Shown: positions 12,437-24,211 of the stretch, piece after piece
Numbering within the stretch: position 1 is the first letter of the stretch
How the letters are laid out: every line of letters begins with the position of its first letter
From: Pelomyxa schiedti
Taxonomy: Eukaryota > Protista > Evosea
Length of the DNA stretch: 64,000 nucleotides
Assembly (NCBI GenBank): GCA_020536535.1
Contig: JAHLWZ010000846.1
Coordinates: forward strand, 1-64,000
Direction of reading: 5' to 3'
Made by a program: the position numbers and the translations under genes
The notes under the pieces: model-generated
What the model was told of the DNA's origin: nothing
The model's database searches: none
What the model saw: the letters and a program-made list of their open reading frames with translations, nothing else

Positions 12437-15400
12437 TTACAGTCCCCAGTAGCCACAACTACCACAGAAGTAGGAAGTGTACTGTTTACCACACTTCGGG
12501 CATGTTTGGGGTTCAAATGTGGATTCTTCAACTGGAGCAGATGGTAAAGCAACCAGTCTTAAACCAGAATCAGTTGAATGGAAGAGGTTAGGGGCGTGGA
12601 AAAACACACGGTGGTGGCTGGTACATAAAGGCAGCGGCATATCTTTGGTTCTGCCTTTGCACTTCTTCATACGATGGAGGTGGTTGTTCTGGGAGTGAGG
12701 ATGGGGGTGGGGGTGGGGGTGGTTCCGGGAATGCAACTGGTGGTTGACCAATGGGAACATATGATGAATCAGGGGGAGATTTTGTTGTTGTGGCTGCAGT
12801 TGTGGTTGTTGATGCTGAGGATTGGGCGGTGCTCACAAGAACCCAGTCCTCGTCAAGGTTGTTGCTGGGCTTCAATGCAAGTGTGCGGGAAACACAGTCG
12901 ATGTGGGTGGCATCACTGTGATACCTAAGTGGCCGTAATTTGTTATTATGAATAGTGATATTCAGCTGAAGTTCTCCCCATATCTAGTTTTTGGTTTTTT
13001 GGGAAGAGTGTAAATAAAAGAAATTGAGGATAAAGATTACATTGCCATCAGGTTGTATGACTGGAAACCAATCCACAATGGACACATGAACCGGTACATA
13101 GTTCAGATCAATATTAACACTCCCAATGAATTTGTTTGGCAACAACTAGACAATCTCGGTTATGAGTTGAACTGGGTTTTAAAACTTACCCTTATATGGT
13201 CGTATACAAAGATAACAACGTTTAGCCTATCCTGAAGTTTACCAATGCGGAAAGCATTGTTATCCTCCTCACCCCACACAGGGGTATCTGTATTTTTTTT
13301 GTACTACAGAATTGGTCTACACAAAAAGAATAAGGAGTGCCAACCTGTGTCCGTATCATTTGTGGATCAGAGGATCGAAATAGAAAATAATTTATCCCAC
13401 AAAGTGGATCACATTTATTTGAAGATTTTCCTCTGCTGTGGTTAATAATTCTTGAAAGGAAAAACAAAAATGAAACCTGAGAATAATGATATCCATCAGT
13501 GGGTCCTCTATCCCGAGGTGTTGTGGAATTCTTGTTCCACTTGGGCGTGGATCCACCCATGTAGTAAGTTGGTTCAAATCATCGATAAAATATCTTGCTC
13601 CCATATTAGAGATCACATTTTGAATGCTAACGGAAAACTAACATATCACTTTGATCCATAGCCAAATGATATTGAGAAGGAAGCACGAAGTCACGCCAAA
13701 AAGGGTAAGGGCGGGCTATTTCCTTGAGTAAGTTTTTCAATGGATCAAAAAATGGAACCTTTAGAATTCACACTTCTTGACATTCGATCAACGATGTAAG
13801 ACTCGTCGCCTGCTCTTGTCAGGACTTGTTCTTGGCCTGGAGGAAGGTCACTTTGAGGGTATGGTGGTGGATATCTTTTTGTCAATCAGTTTCTTTTGAG
13901 TAATGAAAGTTATTACCTAGAGTGGGGTCCCATAAATAAACTGGCTTTTCCAAAGTCTCTGTGGACTTTAAAAAGGGAAAGAGCATGCAGTGATAGTGCC
14001 CGTGGTGATGTTGGGGACAGAATGACAATAGGACAATGCATGTGCAAATTAAATCGAAACAACCCAGTGAATAACTCCACATCTTTTATTTTGTTTTTTG
14101 GTAAATGAGGGACTCTGTGTAGAATGCCAAAGAAACCTATGAAATGCTGCCATTTCAGTAAACCAACACTAACACTGGGGGTAGTGAATATTGGGATGGG
14201 AAGTGGTTGTATTGTCCACGTTGTGCTGGTGCCTTTGTTAACACCCTCCAGTGGCTCTTGAGAAAATATCTTATGCAAGACTCCATTTCGGTATTTATGG
14301 AGGCCAACATGTGACACAACGACCTTCTCAATCTTACGTTCAACGTTGGTGATAGTTACCGTGGCTTCAATACTTTCCCCTGTGATTTGGTCAGGAGAGA
14401 AGGGCACGAACAACCAAAACCTGGCTCGTAGCAAGGTTTGCTAGTTTCAATTGTAGCTTCGAGTCCCGAAATTTGTAAGACAGCCTAAACCGCTTAAGTG
14501 GGCAATCATTGGTTTGTGGGGTTTACCTTTGAAATTGGTACGACAGGAGCGTATTTGGTATTCACAACATAAAAGTAGGTGGGACTTGATGTGTATCGTT
14601 TATTGTTTGCTTTTATGACACCAGTAATAGAGTACAGGCAGTACTCAGCGCTACCTTTTGTTCCAAGTGACGGAGGCAAGTTATCCGGTAATTTGTAACA
14701 GAAAGGGAAAAAGTGTTTGCCTGTTATAAGGTGAGTGAGAAAGCCATAAGTGGAAGTTATAGGAACGCACCAGGTGGATACTCGACAATAGCACTTGATG
14801 GCACATCGCATGTTTCATCATAATACGAGAACTGGGCTTTGAAGAATTCTCCACTTGGATAATGGTGGTGTGTTGATGTGTGAGTCCGACCTGTATGCAA
14901 TTAGATACGAAGATATTCTTTTTTTTTTTTTTTTTGGTAAGTTCCATCGTGTGAATTCTATTTGATTCACCACAGAGGAAGATAGAAGATAAAACACCAC
15001 AGTAAATCAAGTCGATTACCAACAAGCATAAAACAAACAAAGAAAGAAAGAAAGAAACCTTTGCTGTCCCTCCTGGTGTGGTGCGTGGAAAAGTGGACTT
15101 GCCATCTGCCAACCACGTCAAGCAGAACGTGGGACCCAACCACATCAGTGCCATTTCCCATTCGCGTGACCGCGAGCGGCACCTTGGTGTTGACGCCCAG
15201 CACGCCTCGCAGCATGTCGCCACCGCAGCACACAGTGCAGTCGCTGCACAGCAGCACGCGGGCGGCGACGGAGCCCAGGAGCCAAGGCTGTGGCATGTCG
15301 CCCACCAGTTCGGATGGCTCCACGCCGCCGCCGCAATTGGCCTCGGGGTCCATATCACACAGCGACGACGACGACGATGACGCTGAACAGGTGGAAGCGT

Positions 15401-16007
15401 CGGGGGGAATCATGCCGCCGCCAATGGACTGGGCCATCATACTGGAGCTGGCGTCGAATGCGGAGGAGGACATGCCTGGATAGGGACCGCTGTTGGCAGG
15501 GGGAAGTGGCAGAGGCGGAGCCGTGGGCTGCACGACCCACGCGCCATCGACAACAGGGAAGTCGGGGGGAGGAGGAGGGGGCGGAGGAGGGGGCTGGGAC
15601 TGGAACGGGAGGGGAACGGCCCCGGTGGCAGGCGAGTACATCTGCTGGGGCTGGTACTGCGAGGGAGGCGCGGCAGGATAAAACAACAGCTGCTGAGGTG
15701 GCGGCTGCGGCGGCTGCTGCTGGGGCCCCAGGGTCGCCGGCGAGCCAGACATTGGGTGGTACGGGTACTGCTGCGTCGGGGAAGGCGGGGGAGCCGAAGG
15801 ATACGGCGGGGCCACCACAGCGACCCGAAGGTGCGGGGGTATGTCGTCCATGGAGCCCACCTGCTGCGCGCCGTAGCCTCCGCCCTGGAGCAGCGCGGGC
15901 GGAGGCGGGGGAGGCGGCTGCTGCGGGGGTGCCGTGGGCTCTTCGGGTTGTTGCTGCTGCAGTGGGGGCGACGGCAGCATCGTGGTTATGAAGGCTGCGG
16001 GGTCCAT
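12437..16007 (-). CDS. Arrestin-domain protein with Pro/Gln-rich N-terminus, WW domain(s), C2 domain, PPxY motifs, LIR-like motif and C-terminal Zn ribbon
   Basis: Arrestin-N (GDMLRGVLGV...HFFPFCYKLPDNLPPSL...YSITG) and arrestin-C (GESIEATVTITN...TTPSV); WW (RYFIDDLNQLTTWVDPR); C2 (KCDP...KNTDTPVWGE...VYDH...KFIGSVNIDL...DWFPV); terminal CPKCG...FCGSCG. Confidence 0.8.
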
Positions 16008-16114
16008 TTGGTCCTGGGGTCCTTTTGTCGGTTCGACGGGTGCTTGGTGTTAGTGCTAGTAGGGTTTTTCTTATTTCCGGTGGTTTCGTTTTTTCTTTGT
16101 TTCAACCAACGGTA

Positions 16115-18179
16115 ATGGCGACGATGAATTCACGAAGCAGGCGTAATTCGTATACGTGCACGTTTGGCAGTATCGTGTGCTTCCTACTTATGGGAGCATC
16201 CTCCGCCCTGAACTTAGTGGTTGATGACGACCTCGTCGTTGTGGGTGCTGAAACTAATACGACCAATACCTCCGTGAGCGGCGGCGATACTACGCTTCTG
16301 TGCTTTGGTGGGCTGCTGCAGTTGCTGTATATTACATCTAATTACCCCTCTTTTTTTTTTTTAAAAAAAGAAGCCATTTCTGTTACTCACGGAATATAAG
16401 AGGGCGATCAGTGGAACGCCAATCCCTGTCCGGCAGGACCAAATAAAACTCTTCCTGCACAAGTTTACATAGGGGTGTACTTTACTGTCCTTACAAATGT
16501 AGACAGCTTCGCAAGCACCTTTACTGCCCAAGGGTTCTTTTCCTTTTCCCCTTTGCTAACCTTAATGGAAATAAACCAGAATTGTTTGGTATAAGTGGAG
16601 GACATGCCAGTTCATGCGGAATATACCATACCGGTACATCCCTTCCCCCTTTTTGATTGGTTTTTATATATATTTTTTCAAGGCCTTTTTTGACACTTTA
16701 CATGGAAAACTCGATGGGTGACGTAGTTGACCCAATCCCTCAAAGGATTTGTCCCCAAGACATTTCTGATACTCCCTGCCCAGTATGCAATGTACCTGGC
16801 GATGGTAGTGTCTTTTCTTTTGTGTTCCTTCGCCTCATTTTTAACCACTCAAGGGTGGTCTTACTACAGCTATAAGTTTCTTGTTGAGGTGCTTCTAGCT
16901 GACTAATTGAAAGTTGGTATCGACTCCTAATTCTACAAATAGTTCGATATGAATATGTTTTACAAGTCATGGCCTCTGGATGTTCAATTCATCTCGATTT
17001 CTTTTGAGGACTTTGTCTTTCCATGTAAAATGGTTACACTTATTCCTGACCCTGACTCTGGTGTCTCCCCTGATATCAACCCACTTGGGTTTCTGGTATG
17101 TCACCATTGCCCATTGTCATTTCATTGCCCCCCAAAAGGTTGGAGATATGGCTGCTTACAGCTCAACCAACAACTACACCACTAATTTTGGGAAAGAACT
17201 AAATGTAACCCCTGCTTATTCGCGCTGTACAATTGGAGTGCACATTAGCCGTTCCCCAACTTTTTATGCTTTGAGGGTACGGATAATTGAAACTTATTTT
17301 ATCCTGAAACTGAATACCAGATTCTCCCACCTGCGTTAATTGTACAAATAGTATCGATCATCGTTATATTTCTAGATCCGACTGAAATACAAGCAAGACT
17401 AGGAGCCGCTGTATCCGGTCTTCTTGCCCTTGTTTCACTCTGTATTGGCACAAGTGAGTTGTTCCTACTTCAATTCATCAATTTCTATTGAATTAAAATA
17501 AAATAGGTGCCAAACTCCCGGACATTGGAGATGTAGGCCATTGCTATTTTCACGAAATTGACTAAACAATCCATAGGTGTCAATAACTGACATAGTATAC
17601 GACTGGTTCTTTTTTCTCACTTTTGTTGTTATCGCGGAATCAGTCTTTGTGAATAGGTAGCAGGTCTTGACTCTATTTCTTACTTAGCAGATAAATAGGA
17701 AGATACAAAAGTTCCAACAACTCAACCTGGATAAAGCCCTAGATGCCAATCATTCAGCGTTCGCCACTGCTCTTGGTGATGTAAGCAGTGCCTCTGCTGT
17801 TGATGTTCCCCTTCCAGAACGGGATACCCTGACCGAGAAAGACTTGATTGGGGAAATTTACTCCTCAACTGTTTCTTCAGGTCTCTCCACTTTCAGTGAC
17901 GACAAAAACGTGGAGATGGATAACTTCTTCGAAAAGAAACTTAAGAAGAAACTGAAGAAGTCAGTAAACCAATTCAAGTTAACAAACGAGGTATTTCTTC
18001 CACTCACTTAGTGCCCCTTCTGAGATTAGTGACAGTCAAAGCTGGAATTTCTACAGACCTTGGAAACTGCAAGGGTATATGACAGAATAACGGTAATGGG
18101 TGTTTCTCTTGCAACACCACTTGGGGTTCTTCTTATTTCTTTGTGTGCAGTGTATGCATACAAACAAAGAAATGATTAG
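16115..18179 (+). CDS. Pentameric ligand-gated ion channel (pLGIC) subunit, Cys-less 'Pro-loop' type
   Basis: Signal peptide; VYIGVYFTVLTNVDSFASTFTA; loop MFYKSWPLDVQFISISFE; pre-M1 ISRSPTFY; M2 EIQARLGAAVSGLLALVSL; M2-M3 KLPDIGD; M3; long loop; M4 YDRITVMGVSLATPLGVLLISL. Confidence 0.8.
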
Positions 18180-18252
18180 AAAAGAAAATTTCTGTTTTTA
18201 TTTTTCCCTTTGTACAATGGATGTATAAACACCACGGTAAATCTGCCGAACC

Positions 18253-20181
18253 TCAACTGTCGGATTCCATCTCCTCCAGCACCAAGTCCAGAAGTTCCTC
18301 GACTTGTTGTGGAGGTAGTTTGGACTCGCGTAAAGGTGACGATTCTGTCCTTCTTGCATCATGAGACATAGGGGCAGAATGGTGTATTTCTTGAGTCTGT
18401 CTTGGTTGTGGCCGAAGGCTAAAGCTCAGTTAGTACGAAAATAATACTGTAAAACGGTGTAAAGTTATGGAGTTTTCTGTTTTCCGGTTGTATTAAAATG
18501 TAAATGAGTTTACCTTGCTACTAGAACGGGTAACCCTTGTGAGCCACGGACAGTGTTTACATGCCGCATTACAATCTTTAACAGGTCACGGATAGAATCG
18601 GTACTTGTACCCCATGACATGAGTGCAGTCTGGAGGCTTGGAAGTTTGTTTTTTGGTAAAGATGTGGGAACAGGGGGAATCTTACGAGTCAACTAGCTGT
18701 GGGGATGGAGGCGGTGTGCTTCTTTGTACTATGCTGAGTGCCCCTGGAGAGTCCATGCTGATGTGCTTCGGAAGGTGGTACTTGGTATCTTCAACGAATT
18801 CCATGAAATCGGGAAAGCTACTACTACGAAGGAGCTGGCTGGAATCTGCGCAGAGGTATGGTGGGGGAGTGGTGATTGTAGGTGATTTGATTGCTGGTGA
18901 AGACAGGGAGGCGGCGAAGGGAAGTAGATAAGGAGGTGGCGAGGAAGGGAGGGGAGGAGAAGGCGTTGCCGGGCCGTGTGTTTGAGAGCAATTCTGTGCG
19001 GAAGGTGATAGGAGCATGCGGGGAGAAGTGACATGCTGTGTAGGCAGGGTGCTTGTGTTCCCTGATACAATAGGTAAGCGAATAGCTGAAGTAGTCACAC
19101 CAGTTGAGGATGTTGCAGAGGATGGCAAAGGAGGGGGAGTATAGCTAGGTATAACACCCACAGACAGAGAAAATGGTTGTTGGCTGGCACGGGATAGAGA
19201 AGCAGATGATTGACGAGGTGGGGATGCTGAGTGATATGCATGGTGCTTAGAAGACGCGTGGTGATGACCACTGGTGTGTGCCTTGCGGCCATGCCGGACG
19301 TCAAGGGGGGTCTGTGGTAGAGATGGAGAAGAGGTTTGTGCAACGGAGCCTTCCTGAGAAATAATGTGAGCAGCAGTAACGCTCCCGCTTGCACTTCCAG
19401 TAGCAAGTATGGAAGTAGCGATAGGACTGACAGTAGCTGGTGGTGCCGCGTGCGTGGTGGCAGTTGCAGTTGCAGCAACGGTCCTAGGGGAGCGTGGTGA
19501 AGAAGGAGGGTTTATCTGTACAACAAACTGGGCATGTGACTGAGACCTAGAGTGATGCCGCGGAGAGTGAGCTGGGCTGCTTGTGTCCCCCAGTAAGATA
19601 CTGTGAATGCTGCTGCTGTTGATGTTGCTGATGTTGATGTTGCTGTTGCTGTTGCCCTTTGAGTCCCTCTCCCTCTCCCTCTCCCGTTCCCTCTCCATGT
19701 CAGGCGGCTCCGGCAGCGGCTCGCTGGCAGGAGGCGTGGGCGGGGTGCAACACAGGGAGGGAGAGGGATGGGGCGAGGCGGAGGGGGCGGAGGCAGGCGT
19801 GGTAGTAGGCGACAGGCTGCCGTCTGTCGCGTGCCCCCCGCCGTGGGTGCGCGTGGTGTGCGAGTGGGCGCCGATGAGAGAGTGGTGGCGCCCCCCTGCC
19901 TCTCCGTCGCTTTCTCCCAATTTGCTGCTGCTGCCGCTGCCGCCGCCGTGGCCCCCTGGTTGCTGTTGCTGTTGCTGCTGCTGGTGGGAGTGGCCGTGAT
20001 GGGGGTGAAGCGGCAGCGAGGCGGAAACGACTCGGTCGGTGAGCGAGGACGAGGCCACGGACTGCGCCCTGCGGTGGTGGTGGGGCGTCCCAGGGGTGCG
20101 GGACTGCCGCGGCGTGGTGGGGGACGAAGGAGAGGCCACAGCAACTGCCGCGGCGGGCGTGTCGGGTGTTTCGTCGCACAT
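18253..20181 (-). CDS. Hypothetical Ser/Pro/His-rich, largely disordered protein
   Basis: 500-aa low-complexity ORF plus two short 3' exons (…IRDLLKIVMRHVNTVRG…; …VEELLDLVLEEMESDS*); no recognisable domain. Confidence 0.6.
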
Positions 20182-20382
20182 CACTCGTCACACGGGGCGA
20201 ACCGGCGGTTGTTGACAAACAACCGATTGGCTTTTGTTTATCGTTTTTTTTTTTCCTTTTGGTTGCTGGTGTTTAGGAGAAAAGATGTGCGGTTCTGTTC
20301 CATTTGATGGGACAGGCAAAAACATTGAGGTTGGAGGGAACCCTTAACGTGGATTCGTAAATAGTGACTGTTGTGGGAATGC

Positions 20383-21458
20383 TTAGTGGAATCCATTTAG
20401 GAATTCTTCCAGAGCCTGCTGGAACCTAGAAAGAAATTACTTGAGTTCTGAAAGGTGAGGTGTTTAAATGTACATTGCGGGTGCATGAACTTCAGGACAG
20501 TGTGTCTTCCATGTAGGCTCAGTTGGTTGAATTGCAGGAAATGTAACAAGTCTTGCATTCTAAAAGTCGTGACTAGTAGTAAAATAACTGGACGGGTGTA
20601 CCTTAAACAATTCAAGTACTTTGTTGCTATTGCTGAAAGGAACAAAGGCGTCATCTACGGCCCATATTAGAAGTACTGGTTTCGCCGAGAGAGAGGTGGG
20701 TACTTCACTGTAGAATATAAGTTCCAATCACCGCATGTTAGACAGCAACATACTGCGCAGTCAACTTTGAGCCGATTGCTGGTGCAATAAGTACAATTCC
20801 TAGAATCGGATGTGAATGGGTCTGGGCAGAAATAACTGCTGCTGCTTTTGAAACAACATAACCCCCATAGCTTCTCCCAAGTAACACAACTGGCTTCTCA
20901 TGCAATACTTGAGCAAGCAGAGCGCACAGTGCTGGAACGTCATCATCTGTTGGTGCACTTTCAGAAGCAGTACCACCTGGTGTGGAATCTCCATGCCCAA
21001 GCAAGTCAACGGCATAGTGTTCAATACCTTGAAATAACACAGAAACAGGTGAGGATATGTCCATGCGTTGTCTTTGATGTCAAGTCTTGGGTGATTTGTG
21101 CTTTCATTTCATTCCACTGTCTTATCCCATTAATTAGCAAATAACACAGTGCCTCCAAACAAAATATTCATTGCAGGGCTCGGCATTATCCTTTGTCACA
21201 TTGCCCCTCACCCATAATTAACTGGCACACACAAGAGACATAAAAACACGAAACTTCCGACCTCGCACCTCGCGAAACCAGCCACTCAAAGTGGGGAGCC
21301 CAGCACTCCGCGTTCTGAGTGCGCCTGTCCATGCCGTGCACCAAAACCAGCGCGAAAGGCGACGTGCCGCGGTGCCGCAGTGCGTGAATTTCCCTTCCGG
21401 GCTTAAGAACTACTCGCACGTGCTCGTGACGGTGTGGTGTGCTCGCCTCGCTTGTCAT
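20383..21458 (-). CDS. Alpha/beta hydrolase (ABHD14-like fold)
   Basis: LVLVHGM, YAVDLLGHGDS, nucleophile elbow LGRSYGG, LIWAVDDAFVP (acid), KTHCPEV (His); ends FQQALEEFLNGFH*. Confidence 0.85.
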
Positions 21459-21526
21459 TCTCACACACACTCAAAAAAAACACTCAAAAAAAAAAACGAA
21501 AAAGTTAATTTTAGACATGTGAAATT

Positions 21527-22943
21527 TCAGTGGAGGGACTCGTTCATTCTTTGGAGTACAACTTCGCGGATGTAACCGTTGTCTTCATCTCTGTGGTAGG
21601 GGTTGAGACCGGTGGGAGAGTCGTTCATTTCAAGGATGGTGTGCTTCCCGTCAGGGTGTTTCACTGTTGCAAGCATTGTGTTGTTAGATAGGGGTTGGAC
21701 ATTGATTTAGGTTTGTGATACGCATACAGGCATCAATGCTCAGAATGTCCAAGCCTCCCCAGACTTTACTAGCCTCCTCAACCCAGAACCGGTATTCATC
21801 AGTTACCTCAACATCTGTTGTGAAGTAAGGCAAGCGGTAATGTACAAAATAATATTACCATTAACTTCCGCTTCTCCAACATTTCCTTTCCAATGACTGG
21901 AAACCCTGTGATATGCGCGGATATGGTTCCCAATCTTCTGCACACGGATATCACCAATATTGGTGACAAATGGTTCAAGGGTTATGTAATCATTGTAAAG
22001 GGCCACAGTGCCTGAGAAGTCATTGAAGTCTCCTCCGGGCCCACCAAATTTCATTTTTCCGTACCCTCCCAGTGAAGTTCCCACCTGAAACATTAATGAT
22101 TCGCAAATGGTACAACTAAAGTACCTTGGCAACAACTCCACCAGTGAAATCATGCACAATATGTTCAGTTGTATTTGGAAAGTAAGTCATTGGGACCAGC
22201 GGAAATTTATCTTTGCCGACTCTTTTTTGAATGGCCATAAGCTCGGCAATATCTAGAAGGTGTTAAAACAAATTAAAGTTGAGGTGGGTTTAGTACTTGC
22301 TGCGCGCTGTGTGCTAAAGAAAATAGACTGCAGTGAGTTTACAGAGGGAATCCCAGCTACCATAAAACCCATCAAGGTATTCATGAAGGTCTAGGAGTGA
22401 AAAAAAGGTCGGATATCTGTAGCTAGCTATTTGGGGTAGTACCTGACCATGAAGGCCATTAAGGAATTGCCTTATCAGCAGGAAGTCAGGAACACAATCT
22501 CTCAAGTTCTTTTGCGTAGTACCAAAGATAGGTTCCCTGTAAATTAGTGCAATCATTAGAAAAAATGCTCCCTAACGAAATTGATACTTCGAAGGAGCAA
22601 GTTGGCAATGACAGACTCTGTTAGCGTCCACCCACAACGTTATCAAAGCCCATTCCGATTGTTCTACCTAAATATCAGGAAAAGAAATAAGAAAATGAAA
22701 CAGTAGTCCAAGTAAACGTGGGAATAGATTAATCTTGAAAGAGCAAACCTTGACCGGTTTGCCATTGACAACTGCGCCCTTGAAAATCTGGTACCAGTTG
22801 CTCCTGGGGTCGGCATCCAAAACCAGCAGCGTGTATTCAGTCTTCTCAGCCACAATGGGACCCTTGGCTCTTACTGTCTTGATTGGCCCAGTCGGTGGTG
22901 GAGGAGGCGGCAACGACGCACCGTTGGTAGTGGACGAAGCCAT
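21527..22943 (-). CDS. Synapsin-like ATP-grasp protein
   Basis: LLVLDADPRSNWYQIF, PDFLLIRQ, GIPSVNSL, FPLVPMTYFPN, VGTSLGGYGKMK and GDIRVQKIGNHIRAYHRVSSHWKGNVG all resemble the synapsin C-domain. Confidence 0.82.
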
Positions 22944-23080
22944 TTTACTCTTTGACTTTGTTGGTTGAATTGTTGTTGTATTTTTTTAAAAAGAGAAAAA
23001 GAAAAACGTCTGCTTCCTTTTTAGGAGCTGCTTGAAAGACGAAAAGAGCGTGAGTGTTGTTGGTGGGCGTGCAACGAACA

Positions 23081-24003
23081 ATGAATGCATTTGGCGCATT
23101 TCTCGTATCCGAAACGCAACCAACACTTTGTTGTTCGTTGACACTTCTCATTTCATGGGTTTGCGAAATAGTTCGACCTAGACGGCACTTTGTTGGACAC
23201 GCACTCTATCATTCAAGCGGGGCTTGTCAACTTCGCACTGAAGAACGGCGTATCACCAGAGCAGGCGCCATTTTTCGGCACTGATGAGTTCTACTTGACA
23301 ACACTGGGTGTGCCACTGCGGTCCGTCTTGGCCAAGGTGCTCAAAATTGACCCGTCTGATTCGTCGCTTGAGAATCACTGCTCTCAATACAGAGCCTGGC
23401 AGTCTGCTGCGTATTCCAGTGCCGATCCGTCAGCATTGGTGTTTCCGACCGTGAGAGAAGGGCTTCTAGCTTTAAAGGCTTCTGGAAAACGGCTTGCAGT
23501 TGTGTCTACCAGAGCTATTAATTCTGTGGAGCACTTGCTGAAAATTACTGGACTGAGGGACTTGTTTGAAGTTGTATGTGGACGTACACTCGTTATTACT
23601 GTTCCGCTTACAGGTTTTCTTCCGTACACTGTGCAGGTGGTGGGACTTGAATCAACAGCCAGAACGAAGCCTCAACCAGACCCTCTCCTTTATGCCATGA
23701 AATTATTGAATGTATCTCCGTCCCAGTGTATAATGATTGGAGGTGATTAACATGCTCAGCGTGACCAATTTCACTTATCCCCCTTCCATATTCAGATACA
23801 GAACATGATCTTTTTGCAGCACAGGTTTTTCACTCTATAGTGATCTTTCCACTTACACCTATTACGAATATATTGATACACAGGCCGCCAGCACTGCTGC
23901 AGCTCTGGTGAATTGGTCTAAGGAAAGAGATAAAGTAATTGCAACCGTCAGCCCACATATATCACATCTTCATGTCATCACCTCCTTCACGCAACTCCTG
24001 TAA
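23081..24003 (+). CDS. HAD-superfamily phosphatase (phosphoglycolate phosphatase/PpaX-like)
   Basis: Spliced motif I AFL/FDLDGTLLDT, motif II LAVVST, motif III/IV KPQPDP...MIG/DTEHD; stop at 24003. Confidence 0.87.
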
Positions 24004-24211
24004 CCTTTGGCTGTGTTGGTCACCAAAGATTGTCCTAGTGAAACTCTGTGAGACACGAACAACTTTTTGGAGCCATAAGAAGCAGAAACTACACCCACTG
24101 CCTGCATATTTTTTTTTTTTAGCTTGATGGCTGAATGCCCAAAGAGATAAGTTTTTCTTGAGAGGAAACATCGGTTTTTCTTAGGTTTTTTTAAAAAAAC
24201 GCTACGAGAAA

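Noticed and set aside
20426-20440. Apparent 15-nt intron GTAATTTCTTTCTAG in the hydrolase gene (minus strand)
   Set aside because: It is the 3' end of a longer intron of about 48 nt starting GTACATTT, which gives the correct frame (…VHAPAM/FQQALEE).
16115-22943. 'Proto-synaptic cluster' of the pLGIC and synapsin-like genes
   Set aside because: They are separated by two unrelated genes with no evidence of co-regulation; proximity is plausible by chance in a compact genome.
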